NCBI GenBank assembly: GCA_028285595.1
Contig: JANQOW010000066.1
Span: 350 to 64,349 of the forward strand
Reading direction: 5' to 3'
Length of the DNA: 64,000 bases
Origin: Hyphomicrobiales bacterium
GTDB taxonomy: Bacteria > Pseudomonadota > Alphaproteobacteria > Rhizobiales > CAJQND01
Shown here: piece after piece, positions 33,604-43,194 of the stretch
Numbering within the stretch: the first letter of the stretch is position 1
Layout of the letters: the number at the start of each line of letters is the position of its first letter
Position numbers and translations under genes: made by a program
The notes under the pieces: generated by a model
Databases searched by the model: none
Told to the model about the DNA's origin: nothing
Seen by the model: the letters and a program-made list of their open reading frames with translations, nothing else

Positions 33604-34233
33604 TCATCGCGCCGGCAACGATCCAGCGGCAGATTGAACCCATTCCTCCCGCGTCACCTCAAAGCCGGGACATTGGGTCCCGTACGCCCGGCGCAGGCCC
33701 ACGTCCCTCAATCCTGACTTCTTCAGAACGTTTTGCGAGGCAAAGTTTTCCGGGTCAGTGCAGGCCACAACCTCTTCAAGCGCCGTCATTTCAAAGGCAA
33801 AGCGCAACAGGCGCGTGCACACCTCCGTCGCAATCCCGCGGCCCCAGGCGGAGCGTTTCAGCATGTAACCGATCTCGATCTCGGCATCCGGATAGCGGTC
33901 ATCGACCAAAAGCGACCAATCCGTGTCATCTTCATCGAGAGGCAAGGGTAAGAGCACGCTCGTGCCATACTTTTCCGCCGTCGCCTTGTCTATCACGCAC
34001 CAAACGCCCAGCCGGCCGCCGGCACCTCTCGCCATTGCTGTTTCCAGTTCGCCGGCCACGTCTTCCGGCTTACTCAACCCGCACACATATTTGACAACTT
34101 CCGGGTCAAGAAACAGATCGCGGGCGATATCGATATCGTCCTCACAGAGCGGACGCAGGCGCAGGCGCTCGGTTTCCAGCACCAGAGCACTCGGCTCAAG
34201 CGGCTCAGGGCGTATGTCTGGCAAAGAGGGCAT
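33604..34233 (-). CDS. GNAT-family N-acetyltransferase (RimJ/RimL-like)
   Basis: LRLRPL..DD...... and RGIATE GNAT motif A region. ATG 34233 is preferred over the TTG at 34269. Confidence 0.7.
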   Translation of the reverse strand: MPSLPDIRPEPLEPSALVLETERLRLRPLCEDDIDIARDLFLDPEVVKYVCGLSKPEDVAGELETAMARGAGGRLGVWCVIDKATAEKYGTSVLLPLPLDEDDTDWSLLVDDRYPDAEIEIGYMLKRSAWGRGIATEVCTRLLRFAFEMTALEEVVACTDPENFASQNVLKKSGLRDVGLRRAYGTQCPGFEVTREEWVQSAAGSLPAR

Positions 34234-34305
34234 ACTAAAGCCGTTTATCACGGCCAAGCTTCTGGCCAATCATCATTTGCTGGGCGAAATCGATCAACAA
34301 AGCCT

Positions 34306-35961
34306 CTACCCGCTTAGCTTCGATAGCGTGGTGAAAGCCGATAGAGATTCCTTGCTCGACATGACCTCCACCACAACCGGTCCCTCATTATAGTCCATAG
34401 CCTGCTGCACCACATCATCCACATCCCCATCAGCGGCAACGCGGAACGCCTTGGCGCCGAAGCTCTCCGCCCACCTGCAGAAGTCCGGATTGGTGAGATC
34501 CGTCGCCGATACCCGCTTGGGGTAGAACTTCTCCTGATGCAGCCGGATGGTGCCGTAGGAGCCGTTGTTGGAGATCACGATCTTCGGCGCCGCGCCGATA
34601 TGCATCGCGGTGGCGATTTCCTGACCGGTCATCATGGTGCCTCCGTCTCCCACCACCACGATGGCCGGACGGTCCGGATTCAGATAACTCGCCGCGGTTG
34701 CCGCCGGCACCCCAATGCCCATGGCTCCGGCAATCGCGCCGATCAGCGTATTATCCGGCGTCATCTTCCAATACCGATGCACCCAGCTTGAGAAGTTGCC
34801 GGCATCGGTGAGCACAATGGCATCCTTTGGCGCAAGCCGGGCAAAGGCGTCCACCACACGGCCATAATCCACTCCATCCTCCGTCTCGCGCGGGACAAAG
34901 GCTGTAAAGCCGGAGATGAAGCTGTTCACCTCCTCTACCCACGACGCGCGGTTCTCTGGAACCTCGACAGCCGCTGCTGCCAGCATTTCAAGGAAGGCCA
35001 CCGGGTCGCCCGCCACGGCCACGTCGGTTCGGAAGTTCCGGCCAATGGTGTCAGCATCTTCATGCACGTGCACCAGCGTTTGCTCCGGCTCCGGTGATTT
35101 GGGCAGCTTGTAGTTTTGGGTGGCAACGTCCCCCAACCGCGTTCCCACAGCCACGATGAGATCAGTCTGGCTGAGAAGCGCAAGGTGATCGGCCGGCGTG
35201 CCGAAGCCCAGATGGCCCGCGTAGAGGGGTGAGAAGTTGTCGAAGAGATCCTGATGCTTCCACATGGCTGCCACCGGCACCTGGTGGGCCTCAGCGGCCG
35301 CCGCCAGAGCCTCCACCCCGCCGGCAGCTCTGAGCGATCCGCCCGCCATTAAAACCGGACGCTCCGCCTTTGCGATCAGGGCGGCCACCTCGGCCACCGT
35401 GGCCGCGTCGGGTGCCGCAGGCGCCGCAATCTCCAGTGCCCGCGGAGTGCCCGCAGCAGCATCCTTCAGCATGTCTTCAGGCACCGAAATCACCACCGGG
35501 CCGGGCGTTCCGCCCATGGCGGTCTCAAACGCCTCGGCCATCACGGGCACAATGTCCTGAGCTTGGGTGATCTCCCAAACGCCCTTGGCAATGGAACCGA
35601 AGAACTCCTGATAGTCGATCTCCTGCCAGGATCCCTTCCCGCGCTCATGGCGCGCCACCTGACCGATAATGTGGATGATGGGCGTTGCGTCCTGTTCGGC
35701 AACATGGAGGGCGATGGAACCATTGGTGGCACCGGGTCCGCGGCTCACCATGTAGACGGCGGGCTTGCGCGTCAGCTTGGCCTCGGCAACGGCCATGAAG
35801 CCCGCGCCGGATTCGTGCCGGCAGGGAATGGTCTCAATCTTGCCCGTGCCGTGCAGCGCATCAAGCAGCGCCAGGTAGCTCTCGCCGGGCACGCACCACA
35901 CGCGCTCCACCCCATAGGCCTCCAAGGCCTCTACAATCAAATCTGCTGCCCGCTTGGCCAT
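34306..35961 (-). CDS. thiamine-diphosphate-dependent enzyme, acetolactate-synthase-large-subunit-like
   Basis: 551 aa. N-terminal TPP-pyrimidine domain (AADLIVEALEAYGVERVWCVPGES) and C-terminal GDGG...NNGSYG TPP-binding motif. Confidence 0.8.
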   Translation of the reverse strand: MAKRAADLIVEALEAYGVERVWCVPGESYLALLDALHGTGKIETIPCRHESGAGFMAVAEAKLTRKPAVYMVSRGPGATNGSIALHVAEQDATPIIHIIGQVARHERGKGSWQEIDYQEFFGSIAKGVWEITQAQDIVPVMAEAFETAMGGTPGPVVISVPEDMLKDAAAGTPRALEIAAPAAPDAATVAEVAALIAKAERPVLMAGGSLRAAGGVEALAAAAEAHQVPVAAMWKHQDLFDNFSPLYAGHLGFGTPADHLALLSQTDLIVAVGTRLGDVATQNYKLPKSPEPEQTLVHVHEDADTIGRNFRTDVAVAGDPVAFLEMLAAAAVEVPENRASWVEEVNSFISGFTAFVPRETEDGVDYGRVVDAFARLAPKDAIVLTDAGNFSSWVHRYWKMTPDNTLIGAIAGAMGIGVPAATAASYLNPDRPAIVVVGDGGTMMTGQEIATAMHIGAAPKIVISNNGSYGTIRLHQEKFYPKRVSATDLTNPDFCRWAESFGAKAFRVAADGDVDDVVQQAMDYNEGPVVVEVMSSKESLSAFTTLSKLSG

Positions 35962-35975
35962 ATGTGGCTCCTCAA

Positions 35976-36773
35976 CTAGCGCGGTGAAAGGAAACCGATA
36001 ACCTGGGTGCGGAATGTCTCCTTCCGCGTCATCGGGTAAAAGTGGCCGCCGCTTGGAATAAGGTCGAGCTCGGCACCCGGGATAAGATGTGCAAGTTCCA
36101 CCGAAAGATGTTTCGGCGTCACCAGATCATCTTCCGCGCACGCCACAAGCGTCGGCACGTCAAGCCCCGGCAGGTCCGCCCGCCGGTCAAAGGCGCGGAT
36201 CGCATCCATGCGTGCGGCAAAGCAGGTGACATCCGGCACCGCCAAGGCCACATCTTCAGGGCTCGGCGCAAGGCTGATCTCGGGGTTGTCGCGCAGCCAG
36301 TCCGCCGGATAGCCGATAATGGAGAGCGTGCGTACATATTCATCCGGTCCAAGTTCCAAGATCATGCGCTTGCGCGAACGGAACAGCTCCTCAAAGTAAG
36401 GGTCTTTGCCGCCCCAACTTGACGCCAGCATAAGCCGCGACACCCGGCCGGGATAATCGAGCGCCAGCGCCTGTCCAATGGCCCCACCTGTGGAATGGCC
36501 AATGAAAGCTGCGCTCTCAACTCCCAAATGGTCCAAGAGTGCAGCCACATCGCCGGCCATCTGCTCAACCGAATACTCCATATGCGTGAGGCTGGAGTGG
36601 CCGCAGCCACGATGATCATGGAGGATAACGGTGAAGTGCGGTGTCAACGCCTCCAGGTGCGGTTGCCAGAACCCGGCACGTCCCCCCAGCCCGGTCACCA
36701 CCAGCAGGGGCGGTCCTGAGCCGTGTGTCTCATAGTAAAGCTGATCGCCGTCCGGCAGGGATGTGAAAGGCAT
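35976..36773 (-). CDS. alpha/beta-fold hydrolase
   Basis: HGSGPPLLVVTGLGG and the nucleophile elbow GHSTGG. 265 aa. 14 nt upstream of the TPP enzyme gene on the same strand. Confidence 0.75.
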   Translation of the reverse strand: MPFTSLPDGDQLYYETHGSGPPLLVVTGLGGRAGFWQPHLEALTPHFTVILHDHRGCGHSSLTHMEYSVEQMAGDVAALLDHLGVESAAFIGHSTGGAIGQALALDYPGRVSRLMLASSWGGKDPYFEELFRSRKRMILELGPDEYVRTLSIIGYPADWLRDNPEISLAPSPEDVALAVPDVTCFAARMDAIRAFDRRADLPGLDVPTLVACAEDDLVTPKHLSVELAHLIPGAELDLIPSGGHFYPMTRKETFRTQVIGFLSPR

Positions 36774-36904
36774 GTGTTAAGCGGTTGGCCTGAAAAGATC
36801 GCGTGGGGTGGCTCCATCTATTGAACTGTTTTTCCTGGTTTTCAAGGTCCGTTTATGCCTTTTTCGCCCCAACAGCCGACAGCAGCGGATTTTAGGGCAA
36901 ACCG

Positions 36905-37858
36905 ATGGATATTCTTGAGCGCTCCAAGCAACAGATCAAAGGCACCGGCAAGCGGGTGGCTCTGCCGGAAAGCAGCGATGAGCGGATCCTCACGGCAGCC
37001 CGGCGCTTAATCGATGAAGATCTGGCTATTCCGGTTTTAAGCGCGGACGGCGAGCGGATCAAAGGCGCTGAATATATTGATCCCGTTACAGACCCACGCC
37101 GGGCGGGTTACGCGGAAAGTCTTGCTGCCGGCAGCAAGAAGCTCGATGCGGCGGGCGCCGGGGCGCTGCTGGAAGATCCGCTCTATTTCACCGGAATGAT
37201 GGTCCGCGAGGGCGAGGCCGATGCCCTGATTGCCGGCGCCGCCGCCCCCACCGCCGATGTGCTGCGGGCGGGCCTGCGAACCGTCGGCCTGGCAGAGGGC
37301 ATCCGCCGCATGTCGAGCTACTTTCTGATGGAGGTGCCCAACTTCCTCGGCGAAGGACCGGCGAGCTTCATCTTTGCCGATTGCGCCGTGAACATCGATC
37401 CTACTGCCGATGATCTCGCTGACATCGCCATCGCCTCGGCGGCCAGTGCCGCCAAGCTCTTGGACGAGGAGCCATGCATCGCCCTCTTGTCATTCTCTAC
37501 AATGGGCAGCGCGCAGCATGAGTTGATTGACAAAGTCACCGCAGCCCTCGCCATCATCAAGGAGCGCGCGCCGGATCTGGTTGTGGACGGCGAGTTTCAG
37601 GCCGACACAGCGCTGGTCCCTCGGGTTGCGGCCACCAAAGTAAAGCGTGACAGTGCGGTTGCGGGCCGGGCCAACGTGCTGATCTTCCCCGATCTCAACT
37701 CCGGCAATATCGGCTACAAGCTCACCCAATACATGGCCGGCGCCCAGGCCATAGGCCCGCACCTTCAGGGCTTTGCCAAGCCGGTCTGCGATCTCTCCCG
37801 CGGGGCCAGCGTAGACGACATCGTTGCCGCCACCTCAATCACTTTGGCCAATTGCTGA
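36905..37858 (+). CDS. pta: phosphate acetyltransferase (short PTA_PTB type)
   Basis: 317 aa. RVALPESSDERIL..A and FPDLNSGNIGYKL motifs typical of Pta. Confidence 0.75.
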   Translation: MDILERSKQQIKGTGKRVALPESSDERILTAARRLIDEDLAIPVLSADGERIKGAEYIDPVTDPRRAGYAESLAAGSKKLDAAGAGALLEDPLYFTGMMVREGEADALIAGAAAPTADVLRAGLRTVGLAEGIRRMSSYFLMEVPNFLGEGPASFIFADCAVNIDPTADDLADIAIASAASAAKLLDEEPCIALLSFSTMGSAQHELIDKVTAALAIIKERAPDLVVDGEFQADTALVPRVAATKVKRDSAVAGRANVLIFPDLNSGNIGYKLTQYMAGAQAIGPHLQGFAKPVCDLSRGASVDDIVAATSITLANC

Positions 37859-37941
37859 AAGTTGTGCTATAAAGGGCATACTACCGGGTTGTACTAGACT
37901 GAACGCAAGCGAGGGGACCGCTTGTTCAACACGTTGGCAGC

Positions 37942-38211
37942 GTGGGTGATGGGCTGGTCACAATCGTTATGATCACAGACGACGGCAAAAGGGCGTTTGC
38001 TAAACTCGGACTGCGCACCCAGGCGCATACGCTTGATATGGTGAGCCAGGGCGCACGGCAGATCGAGATTGCCCATAAACTTGGCATCAGCTCAGAAACG
38101 GTGAAACAGCACCTGCAGCGGGGCCGCGCCATTCTGGGCGTTCCCAACACGGTGGCCTTGGCAGCCGTGGTTGTGCAACAAGGCTGGGTCAAAGTTGACC
38201 GCTTGACTTGA
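37942..38211 (+). CDS. stand-alone LuxR/FixJ-type HTH DNA-binding protein (no receiver or ligand domain)
   Basis: 89 aa. L...LDMVSQGARQIEIAHKLGISSETVKQHLQRGRAILGVPN matches the LuxR C-terminal HTH. Confidence 0.6.
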   Translation: MGDGLVTIVMITDDGKRAFAKLGLRTQAHTLDMVSQGARQIEIAHKLGISSETVKQHLQRGRAILGVPNTVALAAVVVQQGWVKVDRLT

Positions 38212-38263
38212 AGGCGTTTCGGCAAACAGTTGCAGTTTCAGGAAAATCCCCTAATCTGTTGCA

Positions 38264-39694
38264 ATGCAGCAGAATGCCAGTTTTTTTGACGAGATGTTTC
38301 AGCCCGGGGAAGACGAACCGCGCGAGCCCTACCGGAACTACAAGGCCTGGATCAACCAGGAGAACCCGGCACACCTGAAACGCAAGGCCTCTGAGGCGGA
38401 AACCTTCTTCCGGCGCACCGGGATCACCTTCAACGTCTATGGAGAGGATGAGGCGACCGAGCGATTGATTCCGTTCGACATTGTGCCGCGCATCATCTCC
38501 GCGCGCGAGTGGTCCAGGCTCTCGCGCGGCATCGAACAGCGCGTGCGCGCCATCAACGCTTTCCTTCATGACATTTATCACCGCCAGGAGATCCTGCGCG
38601 CCGGCCGCGTCCCGGCCCGCCTGATCGCAGAGAACGAGGCCTTCCTGCCGCAGATGATCGGCGTCTCACCCCCCGGCGGTGTTTACACGCACGTGGTCGG
38701 CGTGGACTTAGTGCGCACCGGAGCTGATGAGTTCTATGTACTGGAGGACAACGCCCGCACCCCTTCCGGTGTCTCCTATATGCTGGAGAACCGGGAGACC
38801 ATGTTGCAGATGTTCCCAGAGCTCTTCAGCGCCAACAAGGTGGTGCCGGTGGGCAGCTATCCTCAGAACCTGCGCCGCTCGCTGGCGGCCAGCACGCCCG
38901 GAAAGCATGACGGCAAGCCGGTGATCGCCGTGCTCACCCCCGGCATTCACAACTCGGCCTATTTCGAGCACTCTTTCCTGGCCGATCAGATGGGCACCGA
39001 GCTGGTGGAAGGCCATGACCTTAAGCTGGTCGACGGGCGCATCGCCATGCGCACCGTGCGCGGCTACAAGCCTATCGACGTGCTCTATCGGCGGGTGGAT
39101 GATGACTTCCTCGATCCGCTCAACTTCAACCCGGACTCTGTCCTGGGCGTCCCCGGCATCATGGACGTCTACCGCGCCGGCAACATCACACTCGCCAACG
39201 CGCCGGGCACCGGGATCGCCGACGACAAGGCAATCTACTCCTATATGCCCGACATCGTGGAGTTCTACACCGGTGAGAAGGCTCTGCTGCAGAACGTGCC
39301 CACCTGGCGCTGCTCAGAAGCAGATTCACTCGCCTACGTGCAGGAGCATCTGTCCGAACTGGTGGTCAAGGAAGTGCACGGCTCCGGCGGCTATGGCATG
39401 CTGGTGGGCCCGGCCGCCAGCAAGAAGGAGCTCTCTTCCTTCGCCAAGAAGCTGGCAAAGGATCCTGCCAACTACATCGCCCAACCCACTTTGGCGCTCT
39501 CCACCGTGCCTATTCTCACGCAGAAGGGTCTGGCGCCGCGCCACGTGGACTTGCGGCCCTTTGTGCTGGTCTCGCCGGAGAACATCAAAATCACCCCGGG
39601 CGGCCTCACACGAGTTGCCCTGAAGCAAGGCTCCCTGGTGGTAAATTCCAGCCAAGGCGGCGGCACCAAAGACACTTGGGTGCTGGAGGAGTAG
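38264..39694 (+). CDS. circularly permuted type-2 ATP-grasp protein (DUF404/DUF407 type)
   Basis: 476 aa. Layout and motifs (YVLEDNARTPSGVSYMLENR, VVKEVHGSGGYGM) match the CP-ATP-grasp family that heads Anbu-type operons. Confidence 0.75.
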   Translation: MQQNASFFDEMFQPGEDEPREPYRNYKAWINQENPAHLKRKASEAETFFRRTGITFNVYGEDEATERLIPFDIVPRIISAREWSRLSRGIEQRVRAINAFLHDIYHRQEILRAGRVPARLIAENEAFLPQMIGVSPPGGVYTHVVGVDLVRTGADEFYVLEDNARTPSGVSYMLENRETMLQMFPELFSANKVVPVGSYPQNLRRSLAASTPGKHDGKPVIAVLTPGIHNSAYFEHSFLADQMGTELVEGHDLKLVDGRIAMRTVRGYKPIDVLYRRVDDDFLDPLNFNPDSVLGVPGIMDVYRAGNITLANAPGTGIADDKAIYSYMPDIVEFYTGEKALLQNVPTWRCSEADSLAYVQEHLSELVVKEVHGSGGYGMLVGPAASKKELSSFAKKLAKDPANYIAQPTLALSTVPILTQKGLAPRHVDLRPFVLVSPENIKITPGGLTRVALKQGSLVVNSSQGGGTKDTWVLEE

Positions 39695-39697
39695 CGC

Positions 39698-40639
39698 ATG
39701 CTGGGCAAAACCGCAGGCGGGCTCTTCTGGATGTTCCGCTATTTGGAGAGAAGCGAGAACACGGCCCGGCTGCTGGAGGCTGGCTTCCGTATGTCCCTGA
39801 CACGGTCAGCGGTCGGAGAAGACGAGTGGCGGTCCATTGTCAGTGCAGCAGGCGTGCGCAGCCAGTTCGAAGAGCGTCACAACAGCTATGCAACGCGGAA
39901 CGTAATCGACTTCCTGTTGCGCGATCCGGCCAACCCTTCGAGCGTCAAATCCTCTATTGAGGCGGCCCGTATCAACGCCCGCATGGTCCGCATTGCGCTC
40001 ACACGTGAGGTCTGGGAGGCCACCAATGAAAGCTGGATGACCCTCACCAAGCTGCTTGCCGACCCCATCCGCGAGCGCGACCTGCCGGCGGTGCTGGGCA
40101 CCATTCGCCAGCAGAGTGCCCTGGTGCGAGGCGCCCTGCATGGCACCATGCTGAGGAACGACATCTACGACTTCGCCCGCATCGGCACCTTTCTGGAACG
40201 GGGCGACAGCACGGCGCGCATCTTGGATGTGAAGTACTACGTTCTGCTGCCTTCCATTTCCTTTGTGGGCAGCTCGCTGGACAATGTGCAGTGGGAAACC
40301 ATCCTACGCTCCGTCTCCGCCCACCGCTCCTACCGCTGGCTCAATGGTGGAGAAATTACGCCAAAGGGCATTGCCAATTTCCTCATCCTGGATCGCCGCA
40401 TGCCGCGGTCCCTGGCCTTTTGCGCGGCCAAGCTGGCGGACAATCTGGGCTATCTGGAGGGCGACTATCAGACCCGCCTCCCCTGCCACGATCTGGCCGA
40501 ACACCTGCGCGACCGCCTGCGCAACAATACCATCGACATGATCATGGAAGACGGCCTGCATGAGTTTGTGCAAGGCTACATCCGAGACAATCTCGCCATC
40601 GGCAATGAGATCGAACGCAACTACCGGTTCACCGGATAG
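39698..40639 (+). CDS. alpha-E domain protein (DUF403)
   Basis: MLGKTAGGLFWMFRYLERSENTARLL is the classic alpha-E N-terminus. Starts 3 nt after the ATP-grasp stop. Confidence 0.75.
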   Translation: MLGKTAGGLFWMFRYLERSENTARLLEAGFRMSLTRSAVGEDEWRSIVSAAGVRSQFEERHNSYATRNVIDFLLRDPANPSSVKSSIEAARINARMVRIALTREVWEATNESWMTLTKLLADPIRERDLPAVLGTIRQQSALVRGALHGTMLRNDIYDFARIGTFLERGDSTARILDVKYYVLLPSISFVGSSLDNVQWETILRSVSAHRSYRWLNGGEITPKGIANFLILDRRMPRSLAFCAAKLADNLGYLEGDYQTRLPCHDLAEHLRDRLRNNTIDMIMEDGLHEFVQGYIRDNLAIGNEIERNYRFTG

Positions 40640-40643
40640 CACG

Positions 40644-41444
40644 ATGCTTCTGAAAATCGCACATACCACCCGCTACACCTATGATGCACCTGTCCCGTAT
40701 GGCATGCAGCAGGTGCGTCTGACCCCCAAAACGCGCGCCAGCCAGAAGATTATCGACTGGTCTGTGGACACCGAAGGCGGTCAGGTGCAATTGCAGTTCG
40801 AAGATCAGCACCGCAACACAGTGCTGCTGGTGGTGTTCGAGCCGGACCGGAGTGAGATCACCATTCGTTGCACCGGTGAAGTTGAAACCTCTGACAGCAG
40901 CGGCGTGATGGGCGAACATCGGGGCTATGCCCCGCTCTGGTACTTCAAGCGCACCACCGACCTCACCCGGGCAGGACGCGGGGTGAAAGCCCTGGCCGCC
41001 GCGGTGGACAATGCTGGCGATGATGCCATTGCCCAGCTTCATGCCCTGTCGACCGAGGTCTTGACCAGGGTGGCCTACGAGCCCGGCGAAACACATGTAA
41101 GCACCTCCGCTGAACGCGTTCTGGAGCAGGGCAAGGGCGTTTGCCAGGACCACGTGCATGTGTTCCTGAGCGCTGCACGGTTGCTGGGATTTCCGGCGCG
41201 TTATGTCAGCGGCTATCTTATGATGAACGACCGGGTGGCTCAGGACGCCACCCATGCTTGGGCTGAGGTATATGTGAAGAATGTGGGGTGGATCGGCTTC
41301 GATATCTCCAACGCCATTTCGCCGGATGAGCGTTATGTCTGCGCTGCCACCGGGCTCGACTATCTGGAAGCCGCTCCGGTGTCGGGCATGAGGCTTGGGG
41401 ATGGAAACGAATCCCTTTACGTGGACCTGCAGGTGCAGCAATAG
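40644..41444 (+). CDS. transglutaminase-like cysteine protease family protein
   Basis: ATG 40644 (MLLKIAHTTRYTYD, Bact_transglu_N pattern). Catalytic core GKGVCQDHVHVFLSAARLLGFPARYVSGY...HAWAEVY..GWIGFD. Confidence 0.8.
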   Translation: MLLKIAHTTRYTYDAPVPYGMQQVRLTPKTRASQKIIDWSVDTEGGQVQLQFEDQHRNTVLLVVFEPDRSEITIRCTGEVETSDSSGVMGEHRGYAPLWYFKRTTDLTRAGRGVKALAAAVDNAGDDAIAQLHALSTEVLTRVAYEPGETHVSTSAERVLEQGKGVCQDHVHVFLSAARLLGFPARYVSGYLMMNDRVAQDATHAWAEVYVKNVGWIGFDISNAISPDERYVCAATGLDYLEAAPVSGMRLGDGNESLYVDLQVQQ

Positions 41445-41479
41445 TTGCGCGCTGAGTTAGACGGGTCTGGCAACGCTCT

Positions 41480-42208
41480 ATGACGTATTGTGTGGGATTG
41501 AAATTGAAGCGCGGCTTGGTGTTCATGTCGGACACCATGACCAATGCCGGCGTGGATAATGTCTCCAGGTTCAAGAAGATGTTCACCTGGGCCAGCGAAG
41601 GCGAGCGGGTGATCACGCTGATGACCGCCGGCAATCTCGCCACCACGCAAGCCGTTGCCAGCATTCTGGATGAACGCACGAAAGCGCCCGAAGAGCGCAA
41701 GCCTTCCATCTTGGAACTCCCGTCCATGTTCCAGGTGGCCCAACTGGTGGGGGAAACTCTGCGCGACGTGATTGCTGCCAACGAAGGCCATGGCCAATCG
41801 GCTGATGCGTTCAACGCCAGCATCATTGTCGGCGGGCAAATTGGCCAGAGCGCCCCTCGGCTGTTCCTGATCTATCCTGAAGGCAACTTCATTGAAGCCT
41901 CCGACGATACACCGTTCTTCCAGATTGGCGAGACCAAGTATGGCCGCCCCATCCTGGTGCGCGCCTACAATGCAGAGATGAGCTTTGAGGAAGCGGTGAA
42001 GCTGTTGATGGTGTCGTTTGATTCGACGCTGAAAGCCAATCTGTCCGTCGGCCTGCCGTTTGACTTACAGACCTATGACACGGGCAGTTTGAAGGTGGGC
42101 CACGAGATGAGGATTGAGGAGGATGATCCCTACTACCAGGCGATCTCCTCAGGCTGGGGCGAAGCGCTGAAGCAGGCCTTCGCGTCGTTGCCGGGATTCA
42201 AATTTTAG
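41480..42208 (+). CDS. proteasome-type protease, Anbu (ancestral beta subunit) family
   Basis: MTYCVGLKLKRGLVFMSDT (Thr after Met as the Ntn nucleophile context). 242 aa. Fourth gene of the ATP-grasp / alpha-E / TGase operon. Confidence 0.75.
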   Translation: MTYCVGLKLKRGLVFMSDTMTNAGVDNVSRFKKMFTWASEGERVITLMTAGNLATTQAVASILDERTKAPEERKPSILELPSMFQVAQLVGETLRDVIAANEGHGQSADAFNASIIVGGQIGQSAPRLFLIYPEGNFIEASDDTPFFQIGETKYGRPILVRAYNAEMSFEEAVKLLMVSFDSTLKANLSVGLPFDLQTYDTGSLKVGHEMRIEEDDPYYQAISSGWGEALKQAFASLPGFKF

Positions 42209-42213
42209 CTTGC

Positions 42214-42250
42214 CCGCATTCCTGCGAAAGCGGGAATCTTCTCTGCGAAC
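42214..42250 (+). repeat. intergenic GAAA-tetraloop hairpin element, copy C
   Basis: ATTCCTGC-GAAA-GCGGGAAT (42218-42237; T-G wobble at the same position as copy B) followed by CTTCTCTGC, 10 nt after the Anbu stop. A second hairpin GGCCCT-N10-AGGGCC follows. Confidence 0.65.
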
Positions 42251-42299
42251 GGAAAGGGGCTGGCAATAGGCCCTCGCGTTCGCAAGGGCCCGAAGCTTT

Positions 42300-42923
42300 C
42301 TAAGGCTCCAACTCGCTGTCCCAGTAGAGGTAGTCCATCCAGCTCTCATGCAAATAGTTCGGCGGGAAGAGCCGCCCGTTGGCGTGGAGTTGATAGACTG
42401 TCGGCTGCACCGGATGTTGACGCGGCCACATCTGCGCGTCTTCGGGCATCTTGCCCCCTTTACGCAAGTTACAGGGCGAACAGGCCGCCACCACATTGTT
42501 CCATAAGGTCTTACCGCCCAGCGACCGTGGGATAACATGGTCGAAGGTAAGATCTTCGGCGGCTCCGCAATATTGGCATTGAAACTTATCGCGCAGGAAC
42601 ACGTTGAAGCGAGTGAATGCAGGGTATTTTGCCGGCTTCACGTAATTCTTCAAGGACACAACGCTGGGCAGTTTGAACTCAACGCTTGGACTGTGAATGA
42701 CCTTCTCGTAGTGCGAGACAATGTTCACCCGATCAAGGAACACCGCCTTGATCGCATCCTGCCAGTTCCACAAAGACAGTGGGTAGTAGCTGAGCGGACG
42801 AAAATCCGCATTCAGCACGAGAGCCGGACAGCTTTCCGGCGAAACGGATTGGGGGTCTGGAATATCCCTTACAGCTACGTTCACGGCGCCTCCTATGCCA
42901 GAGGGTAGTGGGCCCTCGAGCAC
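42300..42923 (-). CDS. HNH endonuclease family protein
   Basis: CQYCG....LTFDHVIPRSLGG...WNNVVAACSPCNLRKG. The start is a GTG and is uncertain. Confidence 0.75.
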   Translation of the reverse strand: MLEGPLPSGIGGAVNVAVRDIPDPQSVSPESCPALVLNADFRPLSYYPLSLWNWQDAIKAVFLDRVNIVSHYEKVIHSPSVEFKLPSVVSLKNYVKPAKYPAFTRFNVFLRDKFQCQYCGAAEDLTFDHVIPRSLGGKTLWNNVVAACSPCNLRKGGKMPEDAQMWPRQHPVQPTVYQLHANGRLFPPNYLHESWMDYLYWDSELEP

Positions 42924-43194
42924 ACCCTGTTGATCGAACCATCTGCCGCTGACCGCCCGCAGCCGCCGCCTGCATCAACAGGCAAAAGCTCAAGTGAATC
43001 AGCTGCCTCGTTCTTACTATATCCGGTGTGACAGTTCCTTGAAAGCCTCATGGACGGCATGTCACATCCGGTGTGGGGATCCTCAGTTCACGTCTTATTT
43101 CTGCCAAAAGTTAACGGCAACAATTGACTCAGATGACCGGGATGAGTCATCTTTTTGGTACATTGCCGGAAAAACCGTTGGAGAGGGGAATCTC

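Noticed and set aside
34306-37858. TPP enzyme near phosphate acetyltransferase read as a sulfoacetaldehyde acetyltransferase (Xsc)-Pta pair for taurine/sulfoacetate dissimilation
   Set aside because: The arrangement is suggestive, but the TPP protein is only 551 aa. I cannot see Xsc-specific features by eye. No taurine, sulfite-export or sulfoacetaldehyde-forming genes are adjacent. It is left as a generic acetolactate-synthase-like call.
42300-42923. HNH endonuclease as a sign of a mobile element, restriction system or defence island
   Set aside because: It is a single gene with native-looking high GC, flanked by housekeeping-type genes. No partner methylase, ATPase, integrase or repeats are present.
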